From Strigamia acuminata (Eukaryota), in the NCBI GenBank assembly GCA_949358305.1, contig OX442314.1:16058001-16122000 (forward strand): a stretch of 64,000 nucleotides of DNA, in the 5' to 3' direction. A program made the position numbers and the translations under genes. Under the pieces are notes generated by a model. That model did no database searches. It saw nothing but the letters and a program-made list of their open reading frames with translations, and was not told the origin of the DNA. This document shows, one piece after another, positions 1-13,033 of the stretch (its first letter is position 1; each line of letters begins with the position of its first letter).

Positions 1-2816
1 CTTAATATTCCTTCACCCCAGTGACACGTTCTTATTGATTCGCAACTCCCACTGATTACCTTGTCACATTGCTTTACATCTGCATTCAGGGCTAGCTTTA
101 ATGTGTTAATTAATTAGCAAGTATTTTCAATTCATTTTTAAGCGATTTATTTTAGGCGTTAATTATAACTTCTTCCATGAAACATTTATTGAACTCGTTT
201 AATTTTTCATGCGCTTATCAGTTCTCAATTTTTATAAGCTTGTATGAAAAATTGCACAATTATTTTTAGTTATTTCAGAGTTTTACAACCTCGATATCGT
301 GCAACTTGCATACTTTCAAAAATCAATACCCGCTCATTTAATTAAAATTTTCATCAGTTTGCTTTGATAAGAACCAAACTATCAATTTCATTTTCCAAAA
401 ATAAATACGGTAGAAATATTGAAAAAGAAATTATCTCTCGCATATCTTCTTTTTTTTTTACCTCGTAAGATTCAATTGCCAGAAAATTTGCAATCAATAA
501 TCGCATACTTCAAGCCACCAGACAAATTTAGAATAAACTTCCATCTTGATTTAGGCTTTGATTACCTCAATTAATTGATTTTGTGGAGTTTGATGATAAA
601 TTTCAACTTATAAATGCCGGCGTCATCCCAACTTGTAGTTGGAAAAGTGTAATAGGGCGAGCAGCACATCAATTGTGGTCAGTAAAATACTAAAAATCTT
701 ATCTAAACATTTCACGAATCTCCCAGACGGCCATTTCAGTAACCAAGAAAGAAATGAGACGTTCACTAACATAAAAAAATGGACGATCAAGCCGTTGGAT
801 TGCGTGTAAAGCACGTATATAAACGAAGAATGCTGACCCTGTCAACTCCGCTTGTTGTACGCTTGTTTATTTGAATCAATAACCTGCGTCACACACGTTT
901 CAATAATATTGCCAGGGCGGTCAGCAGGTATCAGCAGGATCACAACAAAAATAAATAACATCTGTGATTTCCTGACATTAAAAAAGAAACTCATTTCTGC
1001 GAACTAAACGCAACTAGGTCGTGTGCACAAAGTGGCAGATAGTTGCTTGACAGCTGTAACTACGGATACAACAGAAAATGTTATACGCATTAATGAGCAA
1101 TAACTACCAACAATTCCACATATAAATGCCCAGTTTAATTCGAAATGAAAAAGATTTCTAACCGAAGAACAACTTCCAATAAGTCTGCGATGAAATCAGC
1201 TGGAAACGGCGGTTGGAAATGTCAGTTTGAAATGTGACATTAAGCCGCTTTGTAGTCTTGAGATATTACTATTGCACAATCAAAGTATTGAAAGAAAATA
1301 CTGTACTTATAAGCTGTGACATTCTTGGAGTGAAAGAACACCACAATCTCATGAAAAAGCTCACGAAGAAAACTGATAACATAACCAGCTTCATTGGTTT
1401 AATTCATAAAGATTAGTACAAGTATTGCAGCATTTTTAAGCTTCCTTTTGTTATTGATTTGTCAAAAGTGTGTGATTGAAGATAAACTCCTTTGTGATGT
1501 TGGGAACGTAAAAATTTTCTATTTTTCTTCAGAAAAAAAAAGAATAAAAAATAAATAATAAAAAAAGAAGGAAAAATAAAGCGATAAGTTTATTGCAACT
1601 TTGGAAGGCGAAAGTCTAGCGGTGTGTGTATATATAAAAAGTGAACAGCATAGCAAAAAAAAAATGGGGATAAAAAAACATCAATATAAAGGAAATAGAA
1701 TCAACTTAAATGGTGCCAGCACGATAAGACGACAAGAAAAGTTACTCAAAACAAGTTCTTCAAGTGTTGAGTTTTATAGAAAAAAAATGTTTATTTTTGT
1801 TTATTTTTGTTTATTTATTATTTAGTACAAACGTTTCAACCATTAAAAATTCATTGAAAATCCATTTGAAAAGTAATCACATTTAAAATATGCCAAATTT
1901 TGACTTGATAATTCTGCTAATCACAATACAACATTATAATTATCAGATGCACGGTTACTATTAATTGATATTCACTGCATTATTGATTAAAACTCGATGA
2001 TTTTCAAGAAATTTTCTTGGCTTTTTGGACTAAATTACTGTCAAAAGTTTAGTATTAAACCGTTCGTTTAAACTGACAGTTTCAAATCCGTTTTGAGCGC
2101 TTTCCATACTTGTCAAAATGTAGACAAGAGATACAAATGAAAGAATTATACTCTAAAAACTCAAATGAAAAGATATAGAACTTTTGGCTACATTTCATAA
2201 TAACTTCTCTCTTGGTTACCTACCCATTGGTAAACATGTTAAGTATAATTTTACACTTTTTCTTCATTTGCTTTTTTTTTTACAGTGTGTTTGTGCATTG
2301 CTGAAAGCCAGCCAAAACCTTTTGGTGATGAAAGTTGATTGCCTTCCAGCTAGGCTACATTAACTCCATTGCAGACAACAGTCAGCATGTTTCACTTAAG
2401 TCTTTTGGTTCTTTTTATCTTTTTCCTCTTTTAGTGTAATTAGAGGTTGTGTGGTTTGTATTCACTAAGATCTTCTGCTTGCTCTGCCTTTTTCTTGTTT
2501 CTAATTCCATAGATTTTAATGGTTATTTTTAGTAACTTAATTTTAAAAAATGAAAAACTAGAGCATTCGAGTTTCTCACCACGAGAATCCTGTTGCTAGG
2601 TCTGTGCTCTCACCATGTAAACTGTGCAAATTAGAACGCTTAGAAATGACATTAAGACATTTCAGACGAAATGGACAAATCAGTGAAATGACTATCCCAA
2701 GTAACACAATAAACGATTCAACATCGCATCTAGATATACTCTTTCCGAACTCAAGAAGAGCCCTGGAAGCTGGGCTCCCATTGGCCGAGCTATCTCACTA
2801 GTGTAGCAGTAGTTGC

Positions 2817-4017
2817 TAGGGATTGCAGTACCGGACGGTTTTCATGGTACCGGTATTCGGTACTGAAATTTTTTTCCGGTACTAAATTCGGTTCCGGTCC
2901 CAAATGAAAAATGGGCACCGGTACTGGCACCGGTATTGGTACCGGTTCTGGATAGTCTATCTATTTCTCACCAAAAAAATATTTATTTGTCATGTATACT
3001 GGTAATTACAATTTATTCACCAGGCTGAAGTTGGCACCACATTCACATTTGCCCAAACTACTGATAGAACAAATCCCAACTTTTTTTTACCATGGATTTC
3101 AATGGTTTTTACACGAAAAGGTAGAGGACTTTCTCCTAAACAAATCGTGAACAGCACAAGTCTCTACTCCTTTTAGTTTTCGAGCAGCAAGCATTTGAAT
3201 ATGGCACAAAAAAAACTTGCACTAAATTTCCAAATCTGGTGCCACAACTTTAGACCCCAATATCTCAACAAACCTGATCACGGACCTTCTCTACAAACCC
3301 TGAAAGGCACAACACTCTACCCCTCTTAGTTTTCGAGCGGCGGACACTTAAACATTGGGGAGCCTGCTGGGAAGCCTGCTGGGGAGCCTTCGTGTATCAT
3401 GCACGGAAATCAAAAATTCTGAAATGCAACAACGCTGAAATAAAAAATGCAAAAAACTTGGAATATTTGGGTTTTTGTAATTTCAGTTGCGCCAAATTCA
3501 AATGGTCGCCGCTTGAAAACCAAGAGGGGTAGAGTGTTCTGCCTTTTAGGATTTGTAGAAGAGAAGGTCCTCTATATCGTTTGGTTTTTTAAATAAAAAA
3601 TCCATCGTCAGGTTGTTGAGATATTGGGGTTTGAAGTTGTGGCACCAGATTTAAAAATTTAGTACAAGTCATTTTTGTGCCATATTCAAATGCTTGCTGT
3701 TCTAGTTCAGCCATTTGCCATTATTACTATTTCCAAGTTAATTTAAAAGGAGTAAATAACGAGTGAAATAAAATTTGTCACCTCCTACATCATTAGAAAT
3801 GCTGGTAGTAGTTGGCGTTGTTGTGTTGTTTATGATGATGGAAAGTACCGGTTCTGGTTCCGGTGTGAGGAACGGTTCCAATACCAAGAAAAGCTTACGG
3901 TACTAGTACCGGCCCTCAGTACCGACAGAAAAAAAACCTCGGTACCAAGACTGGTACTGAATCCCGGTACCAATACCGGTACTGGAACCGATACTGAAAC
4001 CGGTACTGCAATCCCTA
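2817..4017. mobile_element. hAT-like MITE inserted into the element above
   Basis: TIRs TAGGGATTGCAGTACCGG...CCGGTACTGCAATCCCTA. Perfect 8-bp TSD GTAGTTGC at 2809-2816 and 4018-4025. Subterminal arrays of GGTACC/ACCGGT-like motifs at both ends. Confidence 0.9.
3185..3699. repeat. Long imperfect internal palindrome (probable third nested foldback element)
   Basis: CAGCAAGCATTTGAATATGGCAC...GGTGCCACAACT...CCCCAATATCTCAAC (from 3185) is mirrored by GTTGAGATATTGGGG...AGTTGTGGCACC...GTGCCATATTCAAATGCTTGCTG (to 3699). Inner arms at ~3300-3346 and ~3506-3550 also pair. Confidence 0.75.
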
Positions 4018-6482
4018 GTAGTTGCATTGCAGTTCCAAGTAGGCCAATGGGAGCCCAGCTTCCAGGGCTCTTCTTGAGTTCGGAATGAGTATAGGTGCGA
4101 TGTTTAATATCGTATCTGCATGAATTATCAATAATCCAGATTAAACTAAGTTTAATTTTGATTTAAACTGTTGATGCACACCGTTAAGACACGTTTTTAA
4201 GGTTAATGGTTATTGCCTGGTCATTTCTGTCACGAGTTTAAATGAGTACTTTTCTTACTCGCAAACAAAAATGTGTTTTCTAAGTGTTTTAATCACAAAA
4301 TTTGCCAAATAGTTATTTATAATTACTTTAAAAAAAAAAAAGAAAAAAAAGTCAATTACACCAATTCATTCACAATTACTGGTTTGCAATTGTAATTTCA
4401 ATAGTAATGGAATAAGCTTAAAGCTTTCCCCGTGTAATTACTCAATAAAAATGTCAAATAATATCTTTAATATCTAAAAAAAAAAGAGAAATAATTTCTT
4501 CCTGTGCGTACCCCTGTCTCTTTTCAAAACCTCTTGTTATTTAAGTGAACACTCCATTAAAACTATCGAATAAATTGTCAAATCATTCCATACTTAAAAC
4601 TCAAATGATTTTCTAAATATATAAATTCCCAAAACTTAAATTTTTTTTTTGGAAATAAAAAAAAAACATAAAAAAAAACTGAAAAAATAAAATTAAGAAC
4701 ATTTAAACACCTTTTATGACTCCATAATTTCTGCTTGAAAGCAATAATAATAATTCCCGCTTAATGTTGTCATTCCAACAGTTGCTAAATAGACCTCATT
4801 CAGACCCATAAGCCTATTTAATAGTCTATTCACATCCCAGTTAATTCCAGATAATCAAAGCTTGATCCAGCTATCAGCACTCGATAAAACAAGACCTCAT
4901 TTTCCAAACAAGTCAATTGCATGCAAACAATCGCAATATATATGTTTAGATTCAAACAGCGAAAATAAATCTACAAACTCATCTTTTATTCATACCAAAA
5001 GCTCAAACTCTCAAAACCCAGGTGTGCCGTTTGCGAGCTGCATACAGTGTATACGGAGATGAAGATGCAAAAAGAGCAATTCTAATTTCGTTATATAGTT
5101 GTGCACAAAAGAACGCGTAAATGTTGACTTTGCAAACCAAAAAAAAAAAAAGGAGAAAAACACAAAAATAAAGAGAAGAAAAAAACGAAATCCAAACAGC
5201 TTCTTCTGGGAACTTCTCAAAGTCAATACGCTTTACTACTTTATTTTTATTTTCCTTTCTCCAAAATAGAGATCGTGAATATCTTTAACTTGTTTCCAAA
5301 AAGGCCAACACATGTGACAAGTCCTCGTCTCTCCCATTTGGCAAGAGGAAAGATTGAATGGCCGTCTTTTCTTTATGAGTCTGACATTCTTGCATCACAG
5401 GAATGCGATACAATCAAGAATCCCTTTTACTTTAAGTACACAACACGTTGAGGATGGTGTCTGGTAAGTTAATTGCAACACAGATTTATTCAAAGCAATT
5501 AATTCTCACTTGCTTTTGATTATACTCCAGTCACAATTCATTCAAACAATTAAGATCCATTAAAACTAATTACAATCTGGACGAAAAAAAATTCATTATC
5601 CACTGAATTCAACAAGTGTGGGCTCGCTAACCCTTATCAGTCGAGATGTTATCGTAATTAGTTTCTTGGCTGCACTTGCTTCATAATATTTCCGGGAATT
5701 TGCCACAAACATGTGGTTGTGGAGGTTATGTAGTAATATTATGGATGCTATTAGTTCCATTTTGCTGTTTGAAAACAAGTTAGACAGCACGTATATTATT
5801 GCTATAAAATAAAGTCGAATGAGTCCATTAAAACGGAAATTAAGAATAAAGCTTCGCGTAATTCAAACATTAAGCAGCGTATGGTTTTTAAAAAGTCAAA
5901 TAAAAATTGTAAATTTCCGTTCCAAAATCCCTAAACTGTACACAGTAGACAGTAGACACCAAAAAGAAATTGCGCACTTTACACAAGTGCCCGCTAATAA
6001 AATCTCTTGACCTTTGCCAAGAGGAAAAAAAACTTTGTCGTCGTAATTGTACAACATTTTAAAATTTATTTTGCGAAAAACAAGTTGTGTAGCAGCGTGG
6101 AACATTTTTTTTTCAGCAGCATTTTCATATTCCTCAGTATGACTCATGAAATAACCACTTCCACGTGATTGCCTGTATTCTTCGTTCAACTTTAACAACA
6201 ATCTGCACAATCCAGCAGCTTGATTGGGTAAACAAGCACTAAAAGGCACCCGCAAACTGCCTCATGCGCCAACAATCAACCGATGGTATAACAAGCGCAA
6301 TGAATTGCGAAGTGAAATGACTCCCACGGAGAAAGTTGTGTATTTGAATTAGCTAGTGTTTATGATGCTTTTCACAAAATGACGTTTATTGTGCAACTCC
6401 CTATTTCTAACAGTTGACTGACAAACACAAAGGAATCCATTGATCGACCGTATTGTCGTTTATCTGGAAATCGGCTTTATAG

Positions 6483-6658
6483 TAGGCGCATTCATAAAGT
6501 CACGTTTAACTTGCAGTTAATCACATTTTGTTGATTAAAAGTCTTGCGCATGCTCACTGAGACTGAAAACAGACTAAAACGGCTGCCATTTTTGAAGTTG
6601 GAGCGATGCAAACAGTTTAAAATGCTGTTTAGTCTAAATGACTTTATGAATGCGCCTA
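6483..6658. mobile_element. Short MITE (possibly PIF/Harbinger-like), multicopy in this window
   Basis: 20-bp perfect inverted ends TAGGCGCATTCATAAAGTCA / TGACTTTATGAATGCGCCTA. Related copies at ~13034-13162 and ~19190-19291. Confidence 0.8.
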
Positions 6659-6660
6659 TA

Positions 6661-7818
6661 CTCTGTTCCGATACAACGTTATCCTAATTCCAGCCGTATC
6701 ACTGGTGTAATGGCACAAAAATGATGCCCGTAACACCAGAATTGTTATCTAACTACTACGCAAAACAACCAATAAAAAACTAAACCTTTATTCACCTTCC
6801 AAAAGAAATCAACCACCTATGCTAACTTTGATTGATTGATTGAAAGGGAAAAAAGCTCATTTCAGCAAATAAAATAAATATTTTATTCCAATTAAATAAA
6901 ATCCATCCTTCTAATCGAGGTCGGGTCGTTTAGTCGTAATTCACGTAGTCGACGCCGTTTAGTCTACGCCGTTTAGTCGACCAGGTCACTTAGTCGACGA
7001 ATTTTGACGACTAACAAGTAAGTGATAAATAAAACAAATTTTTTTGGATGTAAAAACTGTCTGAAAGACTAAATAGCATCACTCATCTGTCATAAGAGCA
7101 CTTCAGTTACTGGCCAGTCTGAGGATAAGATATGTTTGAATGGATTCTGTTTTTACAAAACTAACAACATTACGCCAACTGATCACCGAAAGATTTGTTA
7201 CATCTTCGCATGCGTCCAACAATCTGATTTCGTAGGATTTAGTATGACAGTAATCACTAAACACAATGCGGAAAATGACCAAAGTAACATGAAAAAGACG
7301 TCCACATTATGTGTTGTCACGAATGGTATTGGTGATAATAAGGCCACACAGCCATGTGGTATTGTCACTCGATATGTTATACCGTCCTACTGTATAATTC
7401 AGATGGGCTTGTTTGTAATATAAAGTTGTGCGGTCACTTGCCCATTCCAGTTCAATCAGTTTGAATTTCCATTTGATGCAGTGTAGAAAATCCTCATCAA
7501 ATTGTGTATTATTTGAACGTCGACTAGACGTGCGTCGACTAGACGTCACCAAAGAGTTGGTCGACTAAGCGACCAGAAGTAGAACCGTCGACTAGACGAC
7601 AGTCGACTAAACATTTTGCCGACTAAATGATCGTTTAGTCGATGTCGTCGACTAGACGACAGTCGACTAAACGATTGGACCCGTTCTAATCACCGTTTAC
7701 ACTAAAATTCATTAAAAATAAACAGAACTACTTTTCCGCGTAGTAGAGCACAGTCCACAGTTAAGCGTAATCCGGCTCAACCAATTGGAAAATAGGACAA
7801 CGTTGTATCAGAACAGAG
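6661..7818. mobile_element. TA-flanked MITE (Tc1/mariner-like) carrying a nested insertion
   Basis: TIR CTCTGTTCCGATACAACGTTATCCTA vs TAGGACAACGTTGTATCAGAACAGAG. TA at 6659-6660 and 7819-7820. Confidence 0.75.
6917..7682. mobile_element. MULE/foldback-like non-autonomous element
   Basis: Ends GAGGTCGGGTCGTTTAGTCG...CGACTAAACGATTGGACCC. Subterminal arrays of TTTAGTCGAC (left) and GTCGACTA (right). Flanking direct repeat TTCTAATC at 6909-6916 and 7684-7691, an 8/9 match as a 9-bp TSD. Confidence 0.75.
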
Positions 7819-8841
7819 TACTCGTATAGTGACTTATGTAATTTGTAAACAATTTTAAACAATTTTTAAATTAAAACTTCTTTAGGTGCATTCAAAGTGT
7901 AGGCTTGTACGATAACACACACTAACAGCAGCAAAGACTCAAACTTTTAAATGAACCTTATATTTTTCAATCTAGAAATTACAGCAAATTAACTACGGAG
8001 TAATTTAATACCGATGCATTTATAAGGCTTTTTATTCCACATAATGTGAAACCCTACGTGAAAACATACCGTATTGTAAAATGTCAAATATCAACTTCAG
8101 CTATACGGATTCAAAAAATGACAAATTTAGTGATACGACATGTGCAGCTGTATCTTGCATCTGTACACAGTAACGAGCAAAACATGTTGCACGAATCAAA
8201 AAAGAATTGGACTCGAGATTCTACACACACGTGGTGTTGATGGCTGCCATCAACAAATAAATAACTTCAATACGGTACATAAAAAACAAAACACGGCGAT
8301 AACCTACCAATTCATGTAAATAACTATCCTAACAAAATAAAAACATGTTAATACATGCAAAAATAAAAAACTCCATGCAAAGCCGGATATTAAATCTGAC
8401 TACACCTTCGAATCAAAACAAAATCACCTGAGAAGCACTATACCAAAAGCTTAAAATGCTTTTCCCTTGTGATTTTAAGTCCGAATGCCTCTAGTGACTC
8501 AAGTTGTTTTTCTTTGCAGTGACATTCAAGAAGTGGGTCCATGACGGCTGTCCTCACATTGAATATCAGTTTCTGAATTTTTTTTTGACAGGCATCTGCA
8601 CTTTGAGCTAAGAATAGGATCTTTGGCTTGGTATGTCATAGCACCACTCACATTGAGCTCTGAAGAACATGACCAGACTCAATCCAGCCAAGATACCAGA
8701 AGGAAGCTTAGTGTAGGTCGTAGATTTGGATTAAAATCCTCTTCCACATCAATACCCTACTCCAAACGACGGTTATAATAGAAGTATAATCAGAAAGAAA
8801 TAATAAAAACCACAAACTCATTATCAAAACACCACCAACTA

Positions 8842-9075
8842 CAGTTTCCGCCCGGTATCGTACTGCGCATCCCATTCTGTGCAGACGATTTTCTAATTCC
8901 AGTTGTTATTTAACAGTATTAAGCCTAATATTAGGCCTAATAATACAAAAAATAAGGTAAACAAAAAAATATATTTTGGTACTACGTTGTAAATTACTTT
9001 TAATAATGAGTTTACTGTTGTAAAATTTACTTTATTTTAGCATTATTAGGCCTAATAGATACCGAGCGCAAACTG
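8842..9075. mobile_element. Tc1/mariner-type MITE
   Basis: TA|CAGTTTCCGCCCGGTATC ... GATACCGAGCGCAAACTG|TA. Confidence 0.7.
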
Positions 9076-10599
9076 TAGTTCTGTTGTCCACAATGTGAGG
9101 CCAAAGGGAGTCTTTCGTGAAATATGGGTCTCGTATTAGAGCTAATGGAGTTAGAGCTATATTATTGTATTGACAAAACTAAGCTTTGGTTGGCTTAACA
9201 ATACTGTCATCGAATGTTGTTTACGACCTGAAGAAGTGTTTTTTAACAGACGTTATAGACTGACTCGAATCACACTTAACTCAAGGCTTGTGCCAACGCG
9301 ACGTTTCCTTGTTGCTGTTGCTGCTCAGTTCAGTGTGAAAAATTCTGCGGAAGGCCATTTCAAAGTCACTTGGTTTTATTTCTCTTTGCGGACGGTTGAA
9401 TTGATTCTCTGCTGTTTCAAAATGAAATATGTTGATTCCCCGCTTCTTTACCATTAATTAAAAATGACAAAAGATTTTATAATTTTAGAAAACCTCTCCC
9501 TGGTGTTAAATCTATTGATATTGCTTCAAATAATTAAGTATTTCAACAAATTATCGTTTTGTTTCCGAAGTAATTTAGCAAATGAAATTAAAAGTCAATA
9601 GATTAGTTTATGTCATTAAATATTTAAATACGAGTATTCGTTTTGAGACAACGTAATAGAAGGAATTTATATTGCCATAAATTCATTTATTTATCCAGTA
9701 TGAAAATCCAAGTGAGTCGGAGCTAACAAGTGACTTTATTTCCTGCACGGTACACAGAAACCTTGCACGATCGTGTCTGGCATAAGTAAATAATACATGA
9801 CACGTGCAGCAAGCTTCTCGAATATCTTATGCAACTGTAACCATAGAAATAAGATTACTCTTAATTGTTATTCTTCTCATGCTTGCGATATTTCTTTCTT
9901 CATTCAAAACAACAATTCGAGTTCAATGGCATTTTTTGGTGAATTTACTACACTTTATTTTCATCGTTTACCTTAATCGTATGTTTGCCCACCTGACAAC
10001 GTTCTTATCTTTTATTTAGTTTAATTAATATCGTCTCGTATCGCCTTGGTTTGAATATTTGCTAAGCGTCACTAAGTCGGCTGAATCTGAATTAACGGTA
10101 GATCAGTTGATAAGACTGTTTTCCAAAGGTAAAGAAAGCCTTACTCAGCATCGTGCGACAAATATACTTCGAAATCTGTTGGATCTGTTGATGCGGAGAA
10201 GGTGGAGGAACAAATGAGGAGTTTGGAAAAAGCGTCTCGACAAGGGCTTTCTTTCTAACCACGGATTTGCATTCCAGTACCTGCCGATTTGCATGAAACT
10301 CGCATGGCGACAACAAGGTGCTGAGTTTGTGGTTTCCAGTTGAAAGTAAAGAATATTAAAAACCACTGCTCTTGCCCTTTAACCACTCCCATTTGGTTTT
10401 TAAGGTGAGAATAGCAGTGCAGCTAGCGTGCATGTTGTGTTTGATAAGGAAGCGTGTAATTGATTTCGTTCTATTCTATTTATAGTGAAAAATACTACTC
10501 AATTTCCAAAATAAGTTGTTTTTTATTCCGACATAAACAGAAAATCAGTCGTGAGATGCGAGTGGTTCAAGTGTGTAGGCAATAGCACTTTTGCTTGTC

Positions 10600-10613
10600 G
10601 TTTCCATAGTAAC
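10600..10613. promoter_or_regulatory. Candidate RFX X-box
   Basis: GTTTCCATAGTAAC fits the 14-bp X-box consensus. Function not shown. Confidence 0.35.
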
Positions 10614-10919
10614 TGCTATCTTTTAAGACTAGACCATTCATTTCATTCGTTCCTTCAATTCACGCACGAAAATAAAACCAAAAGAAAAACCTTTTCAGCA
10701 GTTTTAAGTTAAAATGATAGGGTATTCACAAACTGTTTTCCACTTTGATTTTTGACAATTGAACTGTTACATTTCCCATGAGTGTTCTTAAAGTATTGAA
10801 AAAAATTAATGATAAAACAATTTTTTAAATGCGAAGTTTGGAATGGGCAACTTGGGTATTGTTCAGTTATGAACTAGATAAAAAACAAATAGACCAAATT
10901 TTTAAAATGTATAAGATAT

Positions 10920-11301
10920 ACTGTATTCAGAATAATGACTGTGGCCGGAAAGGATCACAATGTTGCTACCAAGTCAATTGATTCGATGAAACGTTCGATA
11001 CTTTCTTTGTTTGTGCTCTTGAAGTGCTTCAGATTTTTCGTTGTATCCACTTCCTGCCGAATGTTCACAGCAACCACGATGTCTTCTGTTGTGACTTTGG
11101 GGTTTGTCAACTGGTCAGTGATTTTCAATTGGTCCAGCATCGCCGTATTTCCAGTCACGAAAAGCTTTACATTGTCGTCTTTTTTCCGCATCCGAACACG
11201 TCATAGCCACGTCGGTCGCACTCGGCATTTAAATCGGGCTGTTTCAGTAGCATCAGTACTGTTTCGTTAGTTGACTCCATAATTGATTCCATGGTCGCCA
11301 T
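10920..11301 (-). pseudogene. Degenerate gag-like ORF of a Gypsy-type LTR retroelement, with an N-terminal SAP/HeH-like motif
   Basis: ATG at 11301 gives MATMESIMESTNETVLMLLKQPDLNAECDRRGYDVFGCGKKTTM*. A one-base frameshift joins it to KLFVTGNTAMLDQLK...LKHFKSTNKESIERFIESIDLVATL*, which resembles the gag F..E....F....VA motif. It lies downstream of the PBS and LTR below. Confidence 0.55.
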
Positions 11302-11359
11302 TGTTCTATGTTCGGTTCAAATCTGCTTAAAATATGCTCGAACTCTGATTGAACTCTTC

Positions 11360-11905
11360 TTAAATCTTGTTGAAATCCACGTGAATCTCCGTTGAAATCC
11401 ACGTAAATCTCCGTTGAAATCTACTGAATCGCTGTTGAAATCCGTTGAAATTTCCGTTGAAATCCGTTTGAATTTCCGTTAAAATCCGTTTGAATTTCCG
11501 TTGAAATCCGTTTGAATTTCCGTTGAAATCCTCTTAAATTTCCGTTGAAATCCTCTTAAATTTCCGTTGAAATCCTCTTAAATTTCCGTTGAAATCCTCT
11601 TAAATTTCCGTTGAAATCCTCTTAAATTTCCGTTGAAATCCTCTTAAATTTCCGTTGAAATCCTCTTAAATTTCCGTTGAAATCCTGTTGAATTTCCGTT
11701 AAAATCCTGTTGAATCTCTGCTGAAATCCACTTGAATCTCCCTTTTAAATCCGGTTGAATCTCCCTTTGAAATCCAGTTAAATCTCCCTTTTAAATCGTG
11801 TTAAGATTCTCTTTGAATCCCGTTGAAATCCCGTCAAGATTTTCTTCAAATCCCGTTGAAATCCCATCAAGATTTTCTTCAAATCACGTTGAAATTCCGT
11901 TGAGA
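11360..11905. repeat. Minisatellite with a 22-bp unit built from 11-bp subunits, in the retroelement leader
   Basis: Perfect tandem copies of GTTGAAATCCTCTTAAATTTCC in the centre (unit starts at 11522, 11544, 11566 ...), with degenerate copies at both edges. Confidence 0.95.
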
Positions 11906-12117
11906 TTCTCCTTACATTAACTCGTTCTGTGTCGTTTTTGTCCTTGTTTCGTTGCAAATCCAGTCAAATTGTTCTTCCTTTCTCCCCTTTTCTTCTTGTG
12001 GTTTTCCTTCGCCACGCTGGCCATTAACGTGTTGCATCCCTCAGTCATGTGCCCTTGATAAACTTCAAATTTTATTTTTTTTCTGAGTTTTTTCTTAGTT
12101 CTGTGTCGACTGCACTA

Positions 12118-12577
12118 TGTGAGGTATGAAAGGACTTGTCTGAAGCGTGTCACGAGTTAAACTAAACTTTATTTACACTTTTCAAGTCTATAATACATAA
12201 ATTGGTTCTGGTTTTTGTATTGACATCTGGATGGCTGTCCAGTGTCTGTCATCGTGGTGGGCATCATGTGTGTGCAAATTGTCCCCCACTAGGTCAGGCA
12301 TCGTGGTAGCACCCTGAGTGGTCAACTCATCTGGGAATCTCAGTTGTTTCTCATCCTTGTCTGATGAAAGTACTGTTTCTAGAACATGAACACCTGTCTC
12401 AAACTGTGATTTTCCCAGCTCTCGGTGCAAATGCTAGGTTGGGTCCTTCAGAAAGTTGAAGTGTTTCTTACTGATGGTTTCCGTGATGTAAAACAAATTG
12501 TGCGACCGTCATTGTTTATTATGGGTGACAAGAGTAATTTTATTAAAAATAGGTGGCACTGTAGTAACAGCGTCACA
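12118..12577 (-). mobile_element. Putative 5' LTR of a truncated LTR retrotransposon with an adjacent PBS
   Basis: Termini TGTGA...TCACA. Minus-strand AATAAA at 12173-12168. Followed immediately on the minus strand by TAGTGCAGTCGAC (12117-12105), similar to a tRNA-Ser PBS (TGGCGYAGTCGG). The distal boundary is inferred and no second LTR was found. Confidence 0.55.
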
Positions 12578-13033
12578 ATATAAAACAATGGTCAAGAATG
12601 ACCAATGGAGTGTGAAACACTCCAAAAGTCATCCCGCAGATCGCATGGCCTAACTTATATGGTTAAAAAATATATTGCAATTACATTGTAATATATTATT
12701 ATGTACTTTGAAATGCATTAAGTTACACAATGCACCGGAGAATGAATGCATTTTATAATACATTTTATAAAATGTACAGTATTTTTGAAGAATTCAGAAT
12801 ACACTTTAGAATGCATTATTTTGGCAAATCAAAAAATTATTGTAAAACATTATTTTGCACCGTATGGGAACCCCCTCACAAGTATTCTGCAGTACTTACT
12901 TGACCATACTAACAAGTAAGTATCACACTACTTACACTTATATTTTTAACCCACCTAAAAACTTAGTCGGACATTTTACTCGCAATACACGGCAAATATA
13001 AAAAAAAGATTTAAGAATTGATGTAAATAATAC

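Larger units (their letters stand above)
2739..4089. mobile_element. Non-autonomous TIR element (TA target, Tc1/mariner-like MITE) that hosts nested insertions
   Basis: 48-bp terminal inverted repeats at 2739-2786 (CTCTTTCCGAACTCAAGAAGAGCCCTGGAAGCTGGGCTCCCATTGGCC) and 4042-4089 (one mismatch). TA on both flanks. Confidence 0.75.

Noticed and set aside
2225..2640. Minus-strand first coding exon (MFTNG...) of a gene left of the window
   Set aside because: A donor-like site is present, but a few codons give nothing to verify.
11360..11905. Regular repeat array as a CRISPR locus or a coding repeat
   Set aside because: No unique spacers, no cas genes, eukaryotic context. The 22-bp period is not a multiple of 3.
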